Shown here: one piece after another, positions 58,423-64,000 of the stretch
Layout: every line of letters starts with the position of its first letter
How positions within the stretch are numbered: position 1 is the stretch's first letter
NCBI GenBank assembly: GCA_041662625.1
Contig: JBAZSB010000001.1
Location: forward strand, 310,467-374,466
Direction of reading: 5' to 3'
Length of the DNA stretch: 64,000 nt
Origin: Patescibacteria group bacterium
GTDB taxonomy: Bacteria > Patescibacteriota > Patescibacteriia > Buchananbacterales > UBA6539
Made by a program: the position numbers and the translations under genes
Notes under the pieces: generated by a model
The model's database searches: none
Seen by the model: only the letters and a program-made list of their open reading frames with translations
What the model was told of the DNA's origin: nothing

Positions 58423-59021
58423 ATCTTTTTAGTTTTTTTTAATAATATTAAAGCCACAATAACTCCATTACCTAATAAGCCATTCACAATCGGGTGAACA
58501 TATGCGATCCAATCTACACCAGGATCAAATAATAAAGAAATTGTTGAAAATAGATACGCTACAATAACAGTACTCCAGGCCACATAATGTTCTTTTCCAG
58601 TTCCTTTTATTATTCCAAAAATGGTAGGGATATAAGAAATGATATAGGTTCCCTGCAAAAGGAGATTAGCGACTCTGTCATTTGATGTAATTTGCCAAAA
58701 GAATCCTATCACCAGAGCTAAGACAAAAATAATAATTTCGATATTAGACACCCTTGCAAACCGCCCCTTAATTCGGGCATATACTAAGATGATAAAGACT
58801 GATAAAGTTACAGCAATTACAATAAAACTTTGCCATAAATTATCATTGGTTACAGAAAAATAAGTGATTGCATTAATAATCCCGATTAAAAACCAAATTC
58901 CCCAAGTTGACGGGTTGGGCGTTGATTGACCTTTAAATATCTGTTTAAAATAAAGCCCATAGGCAATCAATGCCGTTATACCGGCCAATAATCCAAAAAT
59001 GTATGAATAATTCATAGTCAT
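58419..59021 (-). CDS. hypothetical polytopic membrane protein
   Basis: 200 aa; 6 hydrophobic helices. Confidence 0.4.
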   Translation of the reverse strand: MTMNYSYIFGLLAGITALIAYGLYFKQIFKGQSTPNPSTWGIWFLIGIINAITYFSVTNDNLWQSFIVIAVTLSVFIILVYARIKGRFARVSNIEIIIFVLALVIGFFWQITSNDRVANLLLQGTYIISYIPTIFGIIKGTGKEHYVAWSTVIVAYLFSTISLLFDPGVDWIAYVHPIVNGLLGNGVIVALILLKKTKKI

Positions 59022-59028
59022 TATTAAG

Positions 59029-60612
59029 TTATTTCCTTTTTAAAATAGTTATAACACCATGATTACCGTTAACTTCCACCAAATCCCCATCTTTCAGAAC
59101 TACGGTAGCGATTTTAGTACCAATGACGCAAGGAATGCCAAATTCTCTGGCCACAATCGCGGCATGGGAGGTTACACCGCCTTCATCGGTGACAATCGCC
59201 GCGGCTTTCTTAATGCCCATAATATAATCCGGCCGGGTCATCACCGCCACTAAAATATCACCCTGATTAATTTTACCAACTTCATGAGCACTCCGAACAA
59301 CTTTAACAATGCCGCGCACTTTGCCGCTGGAAGCACTTAAACCACGAAAATCATTGATATTCTTTTTGATATTTGATGTAAATAACATCTTGGCAATTTC
59401 TTTTGATTTACGCCCAAAGACCATTTCATAATGATTTCGGCAATGATAGATTAAACTAAAAATACGACGAGCCCGAGCTTCTTGTTTTGAAACCCTATGA
59501 CTATTTTTCGAAAATAACGCCAATACTTCAACTGCAAACATATACTTCATTTCGTTGAGTGAGTAGCCAAAACGCTTACCAATTTCTTGCAAAAAGATTG
59601 ATCCGTAATGCGTTGTCCAAAGCGTGTATTTTTTCCTCTCGTCTTGCCAATAAGTAAAGGTTTCTGATATCTCAATTAAATTTTTGATGTCTTTCGGGGG
59701 CTTTAATCGTTTCAATATTTGCTTTTTAATCCGGCGGTTAATCGCTGGGGCTGATTCAATCCGTTTAATCTGGCTAGCGATATCAATTGAACTTCCAAGT
59801 AAAGCTTTAATTTCTTTGATAAAGTATTTGGGAGTTAAAATGTAATTATTCACATAATTATTTTTACTCCAAAAATAATTTTTTTGATGACCTAAAAGTA
59901 ACTCATATTCTTTGGGAAAATCTTTTAACTTTTGCCAAATTTCACTTACTTTCTTTTCAATAAAAATCTGCCTTAACTTTTTATTTTTGGAAACTAATCG
60001 CGCGACTCTCAATAATGATAATTCACTTTCATTAATAAATGATAAACTCGCCGGCGCCGTCAATTGAGAAAATATTTTACCTTGTCCCTTTTTAATTCTC
60101 TTTCTATCCAAAAAATTTTTAATTCTTTCTTGGATAATGGCGTCACTGCCTAAGGCAAAACCGTCTATAACTGAACTCATTGTTACCCACCGGAAATAAC
60201 AGTCAATAAACTTCTTATATAAACAATACAATTTTTGATCTGAAAGAGTAGCTAATTTAATATTTTCCAAGTCCTGACAAAATTCAATGAACTTTATTTT
60301 ATCTTTGTCCCATTTAATCATTGTCCTCTTACCAATATCTGATTCGCGATTACAACGCTTAACAAATAGGTTAGTGATTCGTTTAAAATCGGCTTGATCA
60401 GCATAATAATCAGTTTTATCATCACTAAATATGACGACATGTTTCCTTTCTTCGCCGCCTTTCATTTTTCGAGGCTCTGGTTTTAGCTCCATTTCTCCTG
60501 TTAAATACAAAAGATTTGGGCAGCCATCAAATCTTTGGTGATACCATTCCTTTTTTCTTAATTTCTTTAGATCACTCTTGATCAAGCCTTTTTTAAATTT
60601 CATGTAATTCAT
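59029..60612 (-). CDS. divergent N-domain + C-terminal PEP-utilizing swivel His-domain protein - paralog 2
   Basis: C-terminus GGVTSHAAIVAREFGIPCVIGTKIATVVLKDGDLVEVNG. Confidence 0.6.
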   Translation of the reverse strand: MNYMKFKKGLIKSDLKKLRKKEWYHQRFDGCPNLLYLTGEMELKPEPRKMKGGEERKHVVIFSDDKTDYYADQADFKRITNLFVKRCNRESDIGKRTMIKWDKDKIKFIEFCQDLENIKLATLSDQKLYCLYKKFIDCYFRWVTMSSVIDGFALGSDAIIQERIKNFLDRKRIKKGQGKIFSQLTAPASLSFINESELSLLRVARLVSKNKKLRQIFIEKKVSEIWQKLKDFPKEYELLLGHQKNYFWSKNNYVNNYILTPKYFIKEIKALLGSSIDIASQIKRIESAPAINRRIKKQILKRLKPPKDIKNLIEISETFTYWQDERKKYTLWTTHYGSIFLQEIGKRFGYSLNEMKYMFAVEVLALFSKNSHRVSKQEARARRIFSLIYHCRNHYEMVFGRKSKEIAKMLFTSNIKKNINDFRGLSASSGKVRGIVKVVRSAHEVGKINQGDILVAVMTRPDYIMGIKKAAAIVTDEGGVTSHAAIVAREFGIPCVIGTKIATVVLKDGDLVEVNGNHGVITILKRK

Positions 60613-61949
60613 AATTTTTTTACTGTGCCTTTATCAGCATCAACCTCAATTAAATCATCATCCTTAAAAACTTTAGTCGCAATTTCAGTGCCAACCACGC
60701 AAGGAATTTTCATCTCCCGGGCCACAATTGCCGAATGTGAGGTGAAACCGCCGATATCTGCCACAATCGCTGAGACTTTGTGTAAAACCGGCATATAATC
60801 CGGGGTGGTAATTTCACAAACAATAATATCGCCTTTTTCAACTTTACTGAATTCTTTGGTGGTAAGTACAACTTTAGCTCTCCCTCGGACGACACCAGCT
60901 GAAACACCTTTGCCAGAAACTTGATTTTTCTTTTTTGGAACTTGATTAAAAAGTTGAATGATTAAATCAGCCTTTTTGCCAGTATAGATTTTATTGCCGA
61001 TGTAGACATATTTCTGACGGCGCAATTGCAGTTCGGCCGGAATCTTCTTTGTTTTGACCTCCTCTGGGGTTAAATGAATCAATTCACCATAGCTTAAGTT
61101 AAGTCGTTTTGCTACCTCGTTTAAAAGACGGCAAAAATTAAAACTGCCGCGGATAAACTGCTCGAAACGGTAATCTCTGATATACAAAAGTTTTTGACTA
61201 ATATCGGCTTTTTTCTTAAGTTCTTTAGGCAAGCGCTGGTATAATCTTTTAAATTCTCTTTCCCCTTTCTTATGATTTTTGAGTAAAGTGGCGAGTTGCT
61301 GAGTGGGATTTTTCATTGTCCTGAGTTGGCCGGTAATAAATTTATTCGTCAAAGCTTTATAACGTGATAATTCCAGATTGCTCCACTCCCATTTTTTTTT
61401 GAAAGTCGCTAAAGAAATTCGACCCAGTTTCAAAAGTAAAAAATCTTTACTTCTTCTCAGGTGATAAGTGTTATATAAAGGGTAGCTTAAGATATCAAAA
61501 TCTTTTTCGCTAAAACCGTGCTGCTGCAAAGTTTTTATCATTTTTTTCTCAAAATGAGAGGGAAAATAAATCGGAATATCTATCACTCTCATATACCGAC
61601 CCCACTGATCACACATCTTTTGGTAATCAACTATTAATTCTTTCCATAAAATTTTGGAAAAATCTTTTTGCCGGAGCTGTTCTGAAAATTTGACATAATC
61701 AGCCGCTCTTTCTTCGACTAAACTTACTGCTGATAAAATTTTACCGTCGGGAAAATCATAGGCAGCAATATCTTTCTTATTTAAAAACCACTGGCCATTA
61801 ATATAAATCAGTTCAACATTAGGGAATCCTTCTTGCTTTAACAAACGGCGTTGATTAAGCTCAAAATAAGAAAGTAAAACACTTTCTTTGATCGAACAAA
61901 TTCTAACATAACTCTCTGGCTTAATCTTTTTTAGCATAGCCTGACTCAT
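60609..61949 (-). CDS. divergent N-domain + C-terminal PEP-utilizing swivel His-domain protein - paralog 3
   Basis: C-terminus GGFTSHSAIVAREMKIPCVVGTEIATKVFKDDDLIEVDA; 4-nt overlap with paralog 2. Confidence 0.6.
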   Translation of the reverse strand: MSQAMLKKIKPESYVRICSIKESVLLSYFELNQRRLLKQEGFPNVELIYINGQWFLNKKDIAAYDFPDGKILSAVSLVEERAADYVKFSEQLRQKDFSKILWKELIVDYQKMCDQWGRYMRVIDIPIYFPSHFEKKMIKTLQQHGFSEKDFDILSYPLYNTYHLRRSKDFLLLKLGRISLATFKKKWEWSNLELSRYKALTNKFITGQLRTMKNPTQQLATLLKNHKKGEREFKRLYQRLPKELKKKADISQKLLYIRDYRFEQFIRGSFNFCRLLNEVAKRLNLSYGELIHLTPEEVKTKKIPAELQLRRQKYVYIGNKIYTGKKADLIIQLFNQVPKKKNQVSGKGVSAGVVRGRAKVVLTTKEFSKVEKGDIIVCEITTPDYMPVLHKVSAIVADIGGFTSHSAIVAREMKIPCVVGTEIATKVFKDDDLIEVDADKGTVKKL

Positions 61950-63403
61950 ATTTTTCTTACCACTCCTTTGTTGGCATCGACCTCAACCATATCTCCGGTC
62001 TTGAAAACCTGAGTAGCAACTTTAGTCCCAACCACACCAGGAATTCCTAGCTCCCGCGAAACAATGGCGGCGTGGCAAGTAATTCCGCCATCGTCAGTAA
62101 CAATGGCACCAGCCTTACGCATAGCTGGCAAATAATCAATTGTAGTCATAGAAGTTACTAAAATACCACCCTTTTTGACAATTTTAATCGCCTCTTTGGC
62201 TCCTTTAACAATATATGCTTTTCCAATCACTTTACCCCGGCTAGCTGGCACACCGGTAACCTGCGAAGTCTTACCAGTTTTAATAACCGAGAGAACAAGT
62301 TTATCTAAAACTTTTTTGGCATCACTGCCTAAATATTCCTTAACTTTGCCTTTTTTAATTACCCAAGTTAAACCCTGCCGGCGTTTGGCAATAACTGACT
62401 GATTAACTTTGATGTTTTTCAAACACAAATTTTTAACTTCTGAATTGCTATAAAACAATAAGTCTTGATATTTAATTTCAAATCTTTTGGCCATTTCGTT
62501 TAGAGCAGGGAAAATAATTTGGTTGGAACGCATCTGAGTTTCCTTGCGCCAATCATGGAACATGGAAAAAGTATCCAGGAGCTGAAAATACGGCCTTAGA
62601 CTACTAAATGACAATTTATATTTCTTGATTAGGTTGTTTCTCCTGGCTTTGGCCGATTTAACAAAATTATTAATTTGTTTTAATTCTTTCTTTCTTAAAT
62701 TAAGACTTTTTTTCTTTAGTTTCTTAATCTCTTGTTTGATATGATTGACAGTTAATTCATTACTGCCATCCCAACTCATCATAACCCAGCCGAAACGTTT
62801 AACCGTTTTTTGCAAAGCCGTTTGACTAACAACCTTTTTGAAAGAAAAATCTAATGTAGTCTTTTTGTAAATCAAACTCTCGGAAGCATAGGCGGGCTCC
62901 ATCAACTGGTGTAGATCAGTTTCATTTATTTTATCTCTAGTTAAACGCCTCAGTTCTTCCCCAAAGATTTTACCAAAAAAATCATCAAATGAATCCATTG
63001 AATACTCGGAAAAGCTAATACTGGCCAAACATACCATTTGGGCTTGATGATATAAATTGTATAATTCTTTATTAGAAATATTTTTTACGGCAATATTTTT
63101 TAAAGGCAACAAAATCTTATTGACTTCAAAATGAGATTTCTTATACAAAGAAAAAATTCCATTTAAATTATTTTTGCTGCTAAGCCAAGACTTAAGCCAG
63201 CATCTCATAGTCTTTTCTAATAAATCAGCATCGCGCGACCACCAAAAATAGTCATGATAAAAAGTCATAACGTCGGAGTAATTGGCCAAATAAGGATATT
63301 TTTTACCCGGCGAAAGTTTAATCAAATCCAAATAAGCCGAGACACCTTGTGGGTAGAGCTGATCCCGTTCATAAACCCGCCAACGGACTTGTGTTTTAGA
63401 CAT
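61946..63403 (-). CDS. divergent N-domain + C-terminal PEP-utilizing swivel His-domain protein - paralog 4
   Basis: C-terminus GGITCHAAIVSRELGIPGVVGTKVATQVFKTGDMVEVDA; 4-nt overlap with paralog 3. Confidence 0.6.
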   Translation of the reverse strand: MSKTQVRWRVYERDQLYPQGVSAYLDLIKLSPGKKYPYLANYSDVMTFYHDYFWWSRDADLLEKTMRCWLKSWLSSKNNLNGIFSLYKKSHFEVNKILLPLKNIAVKNISNKELYNLYHQAQMVCLASISFSEYSMDSFDDFFGKIFGEELRRLTRDKINETDLHQLMEPAYASESLIYKKTTLDFSFKKVVSQTALQKTVKRFGWVMMSWDGSNELTVNHIKQEIKKLKKKSLNLRKKELKQINNFVKSAKARRNNLIKKYKLSFSSLRPYFQLLDTFSMFHDWRKETQMRSNQIIFPALNEMAKRFEIKYQDLLFYSNSEVKNLCLKNIKVNQSVIAKRRQGLTWVIKKGKVKEYLGSDAKKVLDKLVLSVIKTGKTSQVTGVPASRGKVIGKAYIVKGAKEAIKIVKKGGILVTSMTTIDYLPAMRKAGAIVTDDGGITCHAAIVSRELGIPGVVGTKVATQVFKTGDMVEVDANKGVVRKI

Positions 63404-63406
63404 ATC

Positions 63407-64000
63407 TTATTTTTTAATTTTCCTCACTTCACCCCGCTCCGCATCAACTTCGACCAAGTCACCATTTTTTAAAACTAATGTAGCCAATTTTGTACCAACA
63501 ATGCAAGGCACTCCCATTTCCCGAGAGATAATGGCGGCATGCGAAGTCAATCCCCCTTCATCGGTTACGACAGCCTTAGCTTTTTTGAATATCGAAACCA
63601 TCTCCGGACTGGTGGCCGGAGTAACCAAAATCTCCCCAGTTTTAAAGCCTTTCAGGCTACTTAGATCTAAAATTACCCGTACCTTGCCTTTCACTTTGCC
63701 TGGATAGGCACTGAGTCCACTAACTTCCTCAAGGTCTGTCTTTTGCTTAGTAGTTATTTGCTGAAGGAGCTTTTTTGCCGCAAGACCGGTGAAAACTTGG
63801 TAGCTATTTCTTCTAAAATTGTAGACTGAACCGTTAATCCTTTTTTTAATCAGCTTCCGATCGACCCGGTCGGTTCTAAGAGCTTTTTCGATTTCTGGAG
63901 TCAATAAAAATTTAAGTTCTTTTTCGGTTAAACTAAGCCGCTTGGCGATTTCATTCAGTAATTTTCTTTCATAAAAAATTGCTTTAACTGCTAAAGGCTT
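63407..64000 (-). CDS. divergent N-domain + C-terminal PEP-utilizing swivel His-domain protein - paralog 5 (5' end beyond window)
   Basis: C-terminus GGLTSHAAIISREMGVPCIVGTKLATLVLKNGDLVEVDA. The frame stays open upstream of the TTG at 63904 to the window edge. The upstream peptide ...NEIAKRLSLTEKELKFLLTPEIEKAL aligns with the LNEVAKRLNLSYGELIHLTPEEV block of the other paralogs. Confidence 0.55.
   Translation of the reverse strand, partial: KPLAVKAIFYERKLLNEIAKRLSLTEKELKFLLTPEIEKALRTDRVDRKLIKKRINGSVYNFRRNSYQVFTGLAAKKLLQQITTKQKTDLEEVSGLSAYPGKVKGKVRVILDLSSLKGFKTGEILVTPATSPEMVSIFKKAKAVVTDEGGLTSHAAIISREMGVPCIVGTKLATLVLKNGDLVEVDAERGEVRKIKK

Noticed and set aside
63407-63904. ORF-track call of a 165-aa protein starting at a TTG at 63904
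   Set aside because: The reading frame stays open upstream to the window edge. The upstream peptide aligns with the N-domain block of the other swivel-His paralogs. It is therefore the 3' part of a longer gene truncated by the window, not a stand-alone His-domain protein.
1-64000. Search for tRNA and rRNA genes, integrases or transposases, and phage structural genes
   Set aside because: None recognised anywhere in the window. The GC-rich inserts carry no recognisable mobility genes, so they are described as cassettes rather than mobile elements.

Overview
This is an AT-rich, streamlined bacterial segment with short intergenic regions, mostly minus-strand housekeeping genes, and no tRNA, rRNA, CRISPR, transposase or integrase that I could recognise. 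The overall style resembles Candidate Phyla Radiation / Patescibacteria genomes (inference). Conserved content: rsmH-mraZ, rplJ-rplL with an attenuator-type leader, a dcw block (mraY-murD-ftsW-murG-[patatin]-murC-murB), secA, an isc operon (iscR-iscU-nfu-iscS), pyrG, rplI, rpmA, fpg, uppP and pcm. Accessory content: (1) a complete type IV pilus operon (pilB-pilC, a 1084-aa pilin-headed protein, a minor pilin, a PilX-like protein, pilM-pilN-pilO) whose third gene carries a Cys-rich module and two sets of propeller-like W-D-R repeats. (2) An island with one stand-alone PPDK_N-type ATP-binding protein and six paralogous proteins that each end in a PEP-utilizing-enzyme swivel phospho-histidine domain behind a divergent N-terminal domain, with PTA/PTB-like, ParB/Srx-like and HAD-like genes in between. 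(3) At least six visibly GC-rich single-gene cassettes (aspartokinase, TIM-barrel sugar isomerase, tandem-receiver protein, creatininase-family protein, two small unknown elements), each with its own strong Shine-Dalgarno sequence and GC-rich hairpin terminator, embedded in the AT-rich backbone. (4) A family of intergenic palindromic hairpins built from 7-8-bp tandem repeats (GAATCAAG / GAATTAGG / GAATTATG) with conserved loop sequences, plus related purine-rich in-frame repeats inside fpg, iscS and pyrG. (5) A 16-codon ORF with 7 Cys codons and its own promoter immediately upstream of iscR. All calls rest on reading the ORF translations and the DNA by eye; no database search was run.
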